A stretch of DNA of 64,000 bases, taken from contig CAWCMR010000025.1 in the NCBI GenBank assembly GCA_963796685.1, positions 1,568,001-1,632,000 of the forward strand. The letters are read 5' to 3'. Shown here piece after piece: positions 1 to 10,200 of the stretch. The translations under genes and the position numbers were made by a program. The stretch is from an uncultured delta proteobacterium (GTDB lineage Bacteria; Myxococcota_A; Polyangia; Fen-1088). Position 1 is the first letter of the stretch. Each line of letters begins with the position of its first letter. The notes under the pieces were generated by a model. It did no database searches and was not told the DNA's origin. It saw only the letters and a list, made by a program, of their open reading frames with translations.

Positions 1-589
1 GGATGTTGTCGAGGAACATGACCAGGGCGCGCAGGCTGTTGCCGTGGGCCGCGATGATCACGCGCTTGCCGCTCTTGATGGTGGGCGCGATGGTCTCGTG
101 CCACATGGGCAGGAAGCGGGCAACGGTGTCCTTCAGGCACTCGGTCAGCGGCAGCTCGGACGGCTTGAGGTCGGCGTAGCGCCGGTCGTGGCCGGGGTAG
201 CGCTCGTCGGTCTTCTCCAGAGGCGGTGGCGGGATGTCGTAGCTGCGGCGCCAGATCTTGACCTGGCTCTCGCCGTACTTGGCGGCGGTCTCGGCCTTGT
301 TCAGGCCTTGCAGGCCGCCGTAGTGCCGTTCGTTGAGGCGCCAATTGCGATGGACCGGGATCCACATCAGGTTCATGGCATCCAGGGTCAGCCACAGCGT
401 GCGGATGGCGCGCTTGAGCACCGAGGTGTAGGCGATGTCGAGCTCGTACTTCTCGGCCTTGAGCAGCTGTCCCGCCGCCTTGGCCTCGCCGAGGCCCTTC
501 TCGGACAGGTCGACGTCGGTCCAACCCGTGAAGCGGTTCTCGCGGTTCCATTCACTTTCGCCGTGCCGAAGCAGCACCACTTTGTACAT
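1..589 (-). CDS. gpmA: 2,3-bisphosphoglycerate-dependent phosphoglycerate mutase (partial, runs off window start)
   Basis: Manual minus-strand translation from ATG at 589: [32 protein letters not shown], with the RHG phosphohistidine motif; later LNERHYG and AHGNS; GGAGA RBS upstream. Missing from the ORF track because it has no stop in the window. Confidence 0.96.
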   Translation of the reverse strand, partial: MYKVVLLRHGESEWNRENRFTGWTDVDLSEKGLGEAKAAGQLLKAEKYELDIAYTSVLKRAIRTLWLTLDAMNLMWIPVHRNWRLNERHYGGLQGLNKAETAAKYGESQVKIWRRSYDIPPPPLEKTDERYPGHDRRYADLKPSELPLTECLKDTVARFLPMWHETIAPTIKSGKRVIIAAHGNSLRALVMFLDNI

Positions 590-600
590 GTCGTTTCTCC

Positions 601-1041
601 TTATGAATTCCTGGTCGCGGGGCGCATTTCTAGCATGCCCAGGTGCACGGATGCGCCTGCCAACGTGCGAACGCGGTCGGGCCAGTGCTCGATTTGCAGA
701 AACTGGTCGCCCGCGGCGCGGTAACGCCACAAGGTGCAGGGCCGCGGCTCGCCGTGGTCGGCCGTCACCCTGGCCGTGCCCGAGAGCCGCAGCAGGTAGC
801 TTTCGCCGCCATGGTAAAGGGTGGTCGGGGGCGGCGTCGCGATGGCCAGGTTGGCGATCTCGGATAGCACCAGCACCCGGTCGTGCGCGTCGCTCTGCGC
901 AGGCTCGAGAAAGCGAACCTGGCCCCCGCCCGCGAGTCGCACGAGAACCAAGGTGCGGTCGGCGAGGGCATATGCCAGCACCTCGTCGACCCGGTAGTCG
1001 ACACCCTGGTAGCCAACCCTGTCGTTCACGTTCAGGTTCAT
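601..1041 (-). CDS. DUF4178-like small beta-rich protein
   Basis: ORF 601..1206, probable start [18 protein letters not shown] at 1041. The pattern [22 protein letters not shown]...WRY...FLQIEHW resembles DUF4178. Its stop lies 11 bp before gpmA. Confidence 0.6.
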   Translation of the reverse strand: MNLNVNDRVGYQGVDYRVDEVLAYALADRTLVLVRLAGGGQVRFLEPAQSDAHDRVLVLSEIANLAIATPPPTTLYHGGESYLLRLSGTARVTADHGEPRPCTLWRYRAAGDQFLQIEHWPDRVRTLAGASVHLGMLEMRPATRNS

Positions 1042-1195
1042 GTCGCACTCGTGTCCAAGTATTGTGCCACGCCCTGATCCCACGCCAAAGGCCAGATGCC
1101 CCCCACCTCTTTGCCGGATCGCACCTGGCCTCGCGCCGGGCGGCGAGGTGCGCAGGTCCTTGAACTTGTGATTGCAGGATGGGACGATCACCCGG

Positions 1196-2740
1196 ATGGC
1201 AGGCACCGCGCATAAGTCTAGCCTTGGCGGCGGGCTCGCAACCCTACTGCTGGTGGCAGCCGGATGGCCGACTGGCGGATGTCAGCACGCGGGTGCAGGA
1301 GGTGGTGGAAAGGACGGTGCGGTGGGCGCCGACAGTGGATTCGAAACGGCCCGAAACGCAGGCGGCGCGAGCGGTGGCGGCTCAGGCGGCAGCGCGGGCT
1401 CAGGCGGCAGCGCGGGCTCCGGCGGCTCGGGCGGCAACGCGGGCTCGGGCGGCAGCGCGGGCTCCGGCGGAAATGCTGCGACGGGCGGAACCGCCGCGAC
1501 CGGCGGAAATTCCGCGACTGCGACTGGCGGAATCTCGGGCACGGGCGGAAGCGGAGCAACGGGCGGCAGTGGCGGTGCGGGCACGGGCGGGGGCACCGGT
1601 GGGGCTCTCACCGATCCCAATGTGGTTCCCGTTGTCGTGGATCAGGGACCAGCGAACATCGGGTACACCAATGGCCTGTTTGCCACCGTGACCCTTTGCG
1701 TGCCAGGCACCTCGACGTGCCAGACGATCGATCACCTGCTGGTCGATACCGGGTCCGTGGGCGTGCGCATTCTGGAATCCGAGCTGACCATCGCGTTGCC
1801 CGCGGCCAAGGGCTCGAGCGGGTCGGCCTTGGCCGAGTGCACACCTTTTGTCGACGGAACGGCTTGGGGGCCGGTGAAGATCGCGGATGTCCAGGTGGCG
1901 GGAGAAAAAGGTCAAGGATTGCCGGTTCAGACCCTGGGTGAGCTCACCTATCCCGTGCCGTCCAACTGCGCCGGCAAGGCAATCACCGACCTCCAGACCC
2001 TTGCGGCCAATGGCATCCTGGGCGTGGGGATCTACCTGCAAGACTGCGGGGCGGCCTGTGCCGTGAGCGCAACCTCGACTCTGAATCCTGGCCTCTACTA
2101 CGCGTGTACGTCTGGTCAGACCGGCGGGTGCAAGATCGCTTCGGTCCCGACTGCGCAACAGGTCCCGAATCCGGTGGCCGACTTTGCCACGGACAACAAT
2201 GGGGTGATCCTACGCTTGCCCAGCGTGCCGGCGAGCGGATCGCCTTCGGTACCGGGCCAACTGATCTTCGGCATCGGCACGCAGACGAACAACGCTCTCG
2301 GCAGCGCCACCGTGATCGCGCTCGACAACTCCGGGTTTGTTCGGACGACCTTCCCGGCCGGGGGTGCCACGTACACGAGCTACCTGGATAGCGGCTCCAA
2401 CGCGATCTTCTTCCTCGACGCGGCCACAACGAATCTCGCCCAGTGCACGGGCTCCCTCAATTCCTTCTACTGCCCCAGCGCCACGAAGGATCTCGGCGCG
2501 ACCATCTCGGGCTCCACGAGCGCCGGCGTCGACGTCAGCTTCAGTGTGGCCAACGCCTCCCGCCTCGGCGCCAGCGCGTTCGCCTTCAGCAACCTGGCCG
2601 GTCCGATGCCGGGTTTTCCCACCGACACCACCGTGCCCGGCTTCGACTGGGGCCTGCCGTTCTTCTTCGGTCGCGACGTCTACACGGCCATCGAGAGCCG
2701 GAGCACGCCCGGAGGCACTGGACCCTACTTCGCGTTCTGA
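1196..2740 (+). CDS. DUF3443-family lipoprotein (pepsin-like fold) with Gly-rich linker
   Basis: Signal/lipobox-like N-terminus (..TGGC) and a GGSG linker, then [65 protein letters not shown], which is typical of DUF3443. Confidence 0.85.
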   Translation: MAGTAHKSSLGGGLATLLLVAAGWPTGGCQHAGAGGGGKDGAVGADSGFETARNAGGASGGGSGGSAGSGGSAGSGGSGGNAGSGGSAGSGGNAATGGTAATGGNSATATGGISGTGGSGATGGSGGAGTGGGTGGALTDPNVVPVVVDQGPANIGYTNGLFATVTLCVPGTSTCQTIDHLLVDTGSVGVRILESELTIALPAAKGSSGSALAECTPFVDGTAWGPVKIADVQVAGEKGQGLPVQTLGELTYPVPSNCAGKAITDLQTLAANGILGVGIYLQDCGAACAVSATSTLNPGLYYACTSGQTGGCKIASVPTAQQVPNPVADFATDNNGVILRLPSVPASGSPSVPGQLIFGIGTQTNNALGSATVIALDNSGFVRTTFPAGGATYTSYLDSGSNAIFFLDAATTNLAQCTGSLNSFYCPSATKDLGATISGSTSAGVDVSFSVANASRLGASAFAFSNLAGPMPGFPTDTTVPGFDWGLPFFFGRDVYTAIESRSTPGGTGPYFAF

Positions 2741-2795
2741 GGAAGCCAGTGACTGAAACCGGGATTGGCGTTCTGGCGGCCGCGTAGCGGCCATA

Positions 2796-2930
2796 TCTCC
2801 TCGCCCCGCGGTCACGCGGGGAGAGGACGCCGCGCGAAGCGCGGCAGGTGAGGGGCCGACGCGCTCGCTCTTTCGCCCCCCCTCACCCGCCGACGCGGAC
2901 GCCAGCGGCCGCTCCCCGACGGGGAGAGGC
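2796..2930. repeat. REP-like palindromic intergenic element (CCCCTCACCC / GGGGAGAGG family)
   Basis: Contains ctcgccccgcggtcacgcggggagagg, ggtgagggg, cccctcacccg and ctccccgacggggagagg; related copies at ~16710-16835 and ~29090-29215. Confidence 0.7.
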
Positions 2931-2969
2931 TGGGATCTTGGCCCGCGCGAACACCTTGAAAGGGCAGCC

Positions 2970-2998
2970 TTGACAACCCTGGGTTGCGCCGCTAGGCA
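2970..2998 (+). promoter_or_regulatory. Putative sigma-70 promoter for the E1-alpha gene
   Basis: Perfect TTGACA at 2970-2975, 17-bp spacer, weak -10 TAGGCA, 8 bp before the GTG start (near-leaderless). Confidence 0.35.
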
Positions 2999-3006
2999 AT
3001 GGGCCC

Positions 3007-4113
3007 GTGAAGCTGGAGCTGCTTCGTATCCTCGATGGGGACGGCAAGGTTTGCCGACCCGACCTCGAACCCGAAATCCCGGGGGCCGAGCTGCGCCGCA
3101 TGCTCGAAGCCATGATCGAGTCCAGCCTGCTCGACGAGCGCCTGCTGCGTTTTCAGCGCCAGGGCCGCATCGGCTTCTACCTGACCGCGTGGGGCGAGGA
3201 GGCCACGCTCATCGGCCCGACGTGGGTGTTGCGCCCGACCGACTGGATCTTCTCGTGCTACCGCGAGCAGGCCGCGGCGCTTTTTCGCGGCTATTCCATG
3301 CGCACCATGATGTGCCAGCTCTACGGCAACGCCGAGGATCCGGTGAAGGGCCGTCAGCTTCCCGCGCACCACTCGGTCCGCGATCTCAATTTCATGACCG
3401 TCAGCTCGGTGGTGGGGACGCAGATCCCCCACGCCGTGGGCATGGCCATGGCGGCCAAGATCCGGGGCAAGGACGACGTCAGCCTCGTCTACTTCGGCGA
3501 CGGCGCCACCTCGACGGGCGACTTTCACGTGGCGTGCAACCTGGCCCAGGTGAAGAAGGCGCCGTGCATCTTCCTTCTGCGCAACAACGGCTGGGCCATC
3601 TCCACGCCGCGCGGGATCCAGACCGCCTCGCCCACCCTGGCGCAAAAGGGGATCGCCTACGGCATGAAGAGCGTGCTCGTCGACGGCAACGACATGCTGG
3701 CCCTGATTCGCGTCACCGCCGAGGCGGCGGCGCGGGCACGCCAGGGCGACGGGCCCACCCTCATCGAGGCCTTGACCTACCGACGCGGGGCGCACACCTC
3801 GTCGGACGATCCCTCCGTGTACCGCGACCCGGGCGAGCCCAAGGAATGGGAAGCCAGCAATCCCATCAAGCGTTTTCGCGCCTATTGCCAGGCCAAGGGC
3901 GTCTGGAGCGCCGACGAGGAAGAGCATCTGCGCAAGGATTTCGACGCCCGCTTCGCCGCGCTGGTAAGGGAAACCGAAGGGGTGCCGGCCCGGCCGCCCA
4001 CGGCCACGCTTTTCGACGACGTCTACGCCGAACGGCCCTGGCACATCGAAGAACAGGCACGCGAGCTGGAAGGCAAGATTAAGCGCCGCGGCGAGGCCGC
4101 GCCAAAGCACTGA
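3007..4113 (+). CDS. 2-oxoacid (pyruvate/branched-chain) dehydrogenase E1 alpha subunit
   Basis: QRQGRIGFY, PTDWIFSCYRE, TPP-binding GDGATSTGDFH...NN, and YRRGAHTSSDDPSVYR loop. Confidence 0.93.
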   Translation: MKLELLRILDGDGKVCRPDLEPEIPGAELRRMLEAMIESSLLDERLLRFQRQGRIGFYLTAWGEEATLIGPTWVLRPTDWIFSCYREQAAALFRGYSMRTMMCQLYGNAEDPVKGRQLPAHHSVRDLNFMTVSSVVGTQIPHAVGMAMAAKIRGKDDVSLVYFGDGATSTGDFHVACNLAQVKKAPCIFLLRNNGWAISTPRGIQTASPTLAQKGIAYGMKSVLVDGNDMLALIRVTAEAAARARQGDGPTLIEALTYRRGAHTSSDDPSVYRDPGEPKEWEASNPIKRFRAYCQAKGVWSADEEEHLRKDFDARFAALVRETEGVPARPPTATLFDDVYAERPWHIEEQARELEGKIKRRGEAAPKH

Positions 4114-4229
4114 ACTCGCCCCCGGCCCTGCGGCCAGCGTGCCAATCGCGCAACGTCCCGAAAACAGCCCCGATCCCTGGGGGAACCTGTTACTATCTGC
4201 TCCTGAAATCTTTGCTCCAGCGAGGGGAC

Positions 4230-7200
4230 ATGAAGCGGGATTCGAGCACAACGGGTTCGCGGTCGGTCGATTCTGACAAAGGCTCCTTGGAGAAGCTCAA
4301 GGGCGCGTTGAGGAAGGCCGAAAAGCAGCCGGCCGAGATGTCGGCCTGGGACGACTTGGAGGCCCTGGTCGTCGAAACGCAGAAGCCGGACGAGGTGGCG
4401 GCCGCCTATCGCAAGGCGCTTTCGCCCGGCCTCGCTCCCGACCTCATCAGCGCCTTGGGCCAGCGGGCCTTGCAATTTTACGAGGAATGGTACGCGGGCG
4501 AAACCGCGGTCATCGTCGAGCTCCTCGAGAACGTCCTGCTGCTCGACGCAAGCGCCGACTGGGCTCTCGAACGGCTCACCATTCTCCGCTCCGTGAACCA
4601 GCAGTGGGACGAATTGCTTTCGTCCTACGATCTTGTTCTCGAAGGGCTCGCCGACGGCCCGCGCCGCCGCCGTCTGTTGCAAGATGCCGCCGGCGTGGCG
4701 CGCGACTCGGGCAACACCGCGCGCGCCGCGAGCTACCTGCGCACCCTGCTCGAGGCCGCCCCCGGCACCCTCGAGGTTTCGTCCGAGCTCGAACGCCTGC
4801 TGGAAAAGCTGGGCGACTTCGCGACGCTGGCGTCGGTTCTCGGCCTGCGCCTGGCGGCGATGTCGGGCAACGACGCCATCGACGTGCGCGAGCGCCTGGC
4901 CGGGCTCTATCTCGACCACCTGGGCGAGCCCGGCAAGGCCCTCGACGAGATCGAGAAGATCCTGGCGCAGCCCTCGCTGACCAACGACGGCGTGCCCTGC
5001 GCGCTGGCGGATCGCATTTTGAACGACGCCACGCTGCCCGCGGCGGTGCGCCGGCGCGCCCTCGACATCCTGCGCGCGCGCCACGCCCAGCTCGGCCGCC
5101 TGGACGGCGTGGTCGCGGCCCTGCGCGTGGCCCTGACCTTCGCCACGCCGGACGAGACGCGCGCCCTGGTGAACGAGGCCGCCGACATGCTCGAGCGCAA
5201 GGGCGATCTGGCGGCGGCGCGCGAGCAGCTGGTCGAGCTGGTGGCGTTCCAGCCCGACGAGGCCTCGACGCGCGCGCGCCTGAAGTTCCTGGCCGAGGTG
5301 ACGGGGGCGCCCGCCGCGTACGTGCGCGGTTTGCTGGTCGCGGCCGAGGCCACCCGGGACGCCAAGCTGCAAGTCGCGCTGTGGCTGGAGGCGGCGCAGC
5401 TCGAGGACGCGCGCCCCAAGGGCGCCGGGGCCGAGCAGGCCAGCGCGCTCTATCGCAAGATCCTGGCCAGCAGCGCCGCCGAGACCGAGCAGATCCTGCT
5501 CGCCCTGCGCAAGCTGACCGCGCTGCTCGCTCCCGACGCCGACGAGCGTCTCGATATTCTCGAACGCCAGGCCAAGCTCGAACCTTCGCCCGGCATGCGC
5601 CGGGGGCTTTTGGGCGAGGCCGCCGAGCTGGCCCGCGCGCGCGGCGAGCTCGATCGCGCGCTCGGGCTGTGGCAAGAGAGGCTGGCCGCCGATGCCAACG
5701 ATCGCAAGGCGCTGGCGCGCACCATCGAAATTCTCGAGGGCGCCAGCCGCTGGCAGGAGCTGGTGGTGGCGCTGACCAGGCGGGCGAGCGCCGACGTGCC
5801 GTGGATGCAGCGGCGCGCCGATCTCCTGCGCGTGGCAGAGGTGGAACGCGACCAGCTCGGCAATCCGCCGGGCGCCATCGCGGCCCTGACCAAGATCCTG
5901 GAGACCGCGGCCGGCGATGCGGGGGCCGTGGCGGCGATTCTCGATCTGTTCGCGGCGTCGGGCCGCTGGCAGGATCTGCTCAATCTGGGGACGCGCGTGG
6001 GCCAAGACACGCAGGGCGGGCTGGTGGCGCTGTTCGTGCGCCTGGGCGACGCCTGCCGCGTGCAGCTCTCCGATCCCCAGGGCGCCGCGACCTGGTATGG
6101 CCGCGCGCTGTCCATCGATCCACGCGCCCAGGGACTGCGGGACGCCTTGCTGGCGTTGGCCGACGACGAGGCGGCGCGGGTCTCCGCCGTCGACGGCGTC
6201 GTGCGCTGCTGTGCCGCCAGCGACGACTGGCAAGGGCTCCTGGCCATCCTTCCCCACCGCCTGAACCTGGCCCAAAGCGACGGCGAACGCGTGCGCATCC
6301 ACCGCGAGGCCGCCGAGATCGAGGAGAAGCGGGCCCAGCGGCCGAGCCAGGCCCTTGGCCACCACATCGCGATCCTCGAGCTTCGTCCCGACGATACCCA
6401 GGCCGAGGCGGAGATTCTGCGCCTGGCGGCGGCCACGGGCGAGCACGCGCGGGCGGCGAAGTCCATCGAACAGGCGACGGCCGCGCTGCCGCCGCTGGCC
6501 CCGCGCGGGGCCCAGCTCCTGCTGCTCGCCAGCCGACTCTTCGAAGAGAACGCCGGCGACCGGACCGCGGCCCTGGCCTGCGCCGAGAAGGCCTTGCAAG
6601 CAGCGCCCTCCGACCGTGCCGTGCGACTCGTGGTCGTGCGCTTGGCCAGCTTGCAAGGGGCCTTTCAAACCGCGGTGGATGCGGCCTTGGCCGAGCCCTT
6701 CGACGCCGGCGTCCTGGTCGGCGATTTCCTGCCCTTGATGGAGAAGGCCGCAAGCGGCGCTGGCGAGGCGCAGGCCAGCTTCAAGACCCTGGGCCGGTTG
6801 CTCTCTACCGCGCTGGCCAAGAAGGCGGGCGTTTCCGGCACGCTCGGTCGCGCCATCGAGGAGCGCATCGCCGACTATGCCGTCGCGCCCGACAAGGCGG
6901 CGGGGTGGCGGGAAAAGGCGCTCTTGCGCGCGCGCGACTACGACCCGACGCACGTGCCGACCTTGCGCAAGTTGGCCGAGGCCCAGCGTGGCCGCGGCGG
7001 CAAGCCGCTTTACGACACCTTGGTGCAGATCGCGGCGCTGGTGCCGCGCGAGCTCGACTCGCTGGTCGAGGCCCTGGACGTGGCCGAGCAAGACAGGAAG
7101 GACCCCGGGCTTGTGCGCGCGGCTCTGACCAGCCTCTTCGATTGCTCGGCCGGGCTGCTGCGCGCGGGGCTTGCCGCCGAGGGCAAGTCGGTCGCGGCGG

Positions 7201-10200
7201 ATGCTCTGGTTCGCGCGGCGCAGGGGCTTGCCAAGCAGCTTGGGTCCAGCCGGGACAAGGCCGATGTCCGGTACGCCGTGGACTGTTTGCTCGAAGCCAG
7301 CCGGCTGCCCATCGCCGCCGACGTGGCCCAGACCTTGCGCGGTCGGGCCGGGGAATTGGCCGCCGAGATCGACAAGAAGCTGGCGCGCGAGCTGCTTCGC
7401 CAGGCCGTGGACCAAGATCCAAGGAACCGCGAGGCCATCAAGGCACTGGCCAAGCTCTACGAAGAAGCGGACATGCTGAGCGATCTGCTCACCTTGCGCC
7501 GGCGCGAGCTCGACGACGCCGCCGGGGCCGACGAGCGCCTGGCCTTGCGCCTGGACATCGCTCGCCTGGGCGAAATCGTCGAGAGCCGCACCGGCCGCTT
7601 CGAGATCCTGCTCGCCAACTTGGAGGACAGTCCCGGCCACCCGGCCACGCTGGCCGCCATCGGCCAGCTCTTGCGCTCGCGCGGCCGCTACGCCGAGCTG
7701 ACCGACATCCTGGTCGCGCAGGCGCACAAGCTGGAGGAGCAAAGCGACGCCGCGCCCGCGGCTCTGCTTTGGCAAGAGGCCGCGGCGCTGTTCGAAAAGC
7801 AGCTCGGCGATCCGGCGCGCGCCATCGGCGCCTACGAGAAGGTCGCGGGACTGGTCGCCGATCCGTCGGCCATGGAGGCGCTGGCGCGTCTTTACGAGGC
7901 CGCGGGCGAGCCCCTGGCCGCCGCGACCTGGCTCGAGCAGCGCATGTCCGCCAGCGCGCCCACGGAGAAGCGCGAGGCAGTGGCCAAGCTGGCGCAGACC
8001 TACGTCGAGGGTGGCCAGCGCCATCGTGCGGTGGCCGCTCTCGAACGCGCCCTGGGCGAGGATCCGGCGGCCTCGGCGCTGTGGACCATGCTCGCGCGCC
8101 TGCACCGTGAGGCCGGGCACCACGAGGCCCTCTTGCGCGCCCTCTTGGCCTTTTCCGCGCACACGCAAGATCCCGAGACGGTCGTCGCGTGCGCCCGCGA
8201 GGCGCTGGCGCTTTGCCAGGAGAGATTGCACGCTCCCGCGCTGGCCGTGCCGGCGCTGGAGCGGGCCGTGGGGCTGGCCCCCGAGGAGCGCGATCTGCGT
8301 CTGGCGCTGGCCGACGGCTTGCGCGCGTCCGGTCGTCTGGCCGAGGCGCGGGTGGTGCTGGAAGGATTGCTGCAGGAGTATGGGCGGCGGCAATCGCGCG
8401 AGCGCGCCGGCTTGCACCTGCAGATCGCGACGGTGGCGCGGGCCGAAAAGGACGTCGATCTGGCGGCCAAGCATCTCGAGCAGGCCGCGGCGGTCTTGCT
8501 CGACAGCGCGGACGTGCAATTGGCCCTGGCCGAGGTGGCCGAGGCACGCGGCGATCTCGAGCGGGCCGAGAAGGCCTATCGCGCCCTGCTGGTTCTCGCC
8601 CGCCGCGGGCACGGCGGCGATTCCACCATGACCGCGGGCGAGGTGCTGGTGCGCCTGCGCCGGCTCGCGCTCCGGCAGGGTCGGAAGGCCGAGGCCGGCG
8701 AGCACCTCGAATCCGCCATCGCGCGCGCCCTGCACGATCCGGCGGAAGCGCGGCGGATCCAGGCCGTGTTGCTCGCGGACGGCGACCACGACACCCTGCT
8801 CGCTCTCATCGACAAGCGCCGGGCGGCGGCGACCCACGTCAACGACGAGGCCCTGGTGGTCTGCGAACGGGCGGGCGTGCTCGAGGCGATCGGGCGCGGC
8901 GAAGAGGGGCTCTCGGTCGTGCTGGAGATCCTGGTCAAGGTGCCGGACAGCGCGGAGGCGCACACCCTGGCCCGCGGCATCGCCGTGCGGGTCGGCAAGG
9001 CCGAGGCCTACCTCGATGCGGTGGCGGCCGCGGCGGACAAGCTTCGGCGCGCCGACGATGCCGGCACACTGGCCGACCTTCTCTTGCGCGCGGCCGACGT
9101 GGCCGAGAAGGATTTGCACCTTCCCGATCGCGCACTGGCTTTTCTCCGTCGCGCCGAACAAGCGAATCGGCGCAAGGCCGAGGTGCAGAGCGCTCTCATC
9201 CGCGTGGCCGCCCAAGCCGGCGACGAGGCCGAGAGCAAGCGCGCGGTGGCCGGGCTGCGTCGCCTGCTGCAGGCCGCGGCCTCGGACGCCGAGAAGGGCG
9301 ATCTGCTCTATCGCCTGGCGGAAGCCGAGATCGGGCAGGCCGACACGCGCGAGGACGGCCTCGATGCCCTGGCCGAGGCGGTGGAGCTGTATCCCGATCT
9401 GCCGCGTGCCACGGCCATCGTGCAAGGCGGACAGGTCCCCGATTCCGCCCTGACGCGTGTGCTGCCGGTGTACGAAAAGGTCGCGCGGGCCTCCAAGGAC
9501 GAGCGCATGTTGCTCGATTTCCTCGAACGGCGCGCGTCCCTGCCCGGGGCGCAGCTCGGCGACCTTCGCGAAGGCGTCGAGCTGGCCATCTCGCTGAGCG
9601 AAGGCGAACGGGCCGAACGCATGCTCGCGCGCGCCATCGAGGTCGCGAGCGGCAACGGATCGCCCGGCGGTTTGCGCGAAGGCTTGTGGGCCGTCTCCGA
9701 TTTGTCGCGCCGGCTGCGCGCGAAGGGCGATATGGCGGGTGCCGCGCGCGTGCTCGAGCAGGCACGCGAGGAGTGGGGCAACCCACGGCTGACGCCGCTC
9801 GTGCGCGAGACCGCCAGGGCCGCCGCCGCCGCCCCGGAGCTCGCGGCAGAGGCCGCCCGATTGCTGGAGCAGCTGCGCGGGCTATACCCGACGGACCGCG
9901 AGGTGTGGGAGCCGTTGCTCGACCTGTATGCGAGGCTGGGCGAGCGCCAGGCCTTGCAGGCGCTGGTCGACGACCTGGTCGGCAAGCTCATGGGGCGCGG
10001 GGATTGCTGCGCGGTTCGCATGGCCTGGGCCAGATACCTGCAAAAGAGCGGCGACGCGGGCGAGGAGATGTCCGCGGCGCTGCGCGATGTCCTGCTCGAA
10101 GAGCCGGGGCATCCCGAGGCGCTCACCTTGCTCGCCGATATCTACGAAGCGCGGGGTGAAGTCAGCGAGGCCGTGACCCTCTTGTCCGAGGCGCTTTCGG

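Noticed and set aside
44-724. Plus-strand 226-aa ORF
   Set aside because: Antisense shadow of gpmA.
601-1041. Functional link between the DUF4178-like gene and pspA
   Set aside because: They are ~56 kb apart here, so the sequence gives no support.
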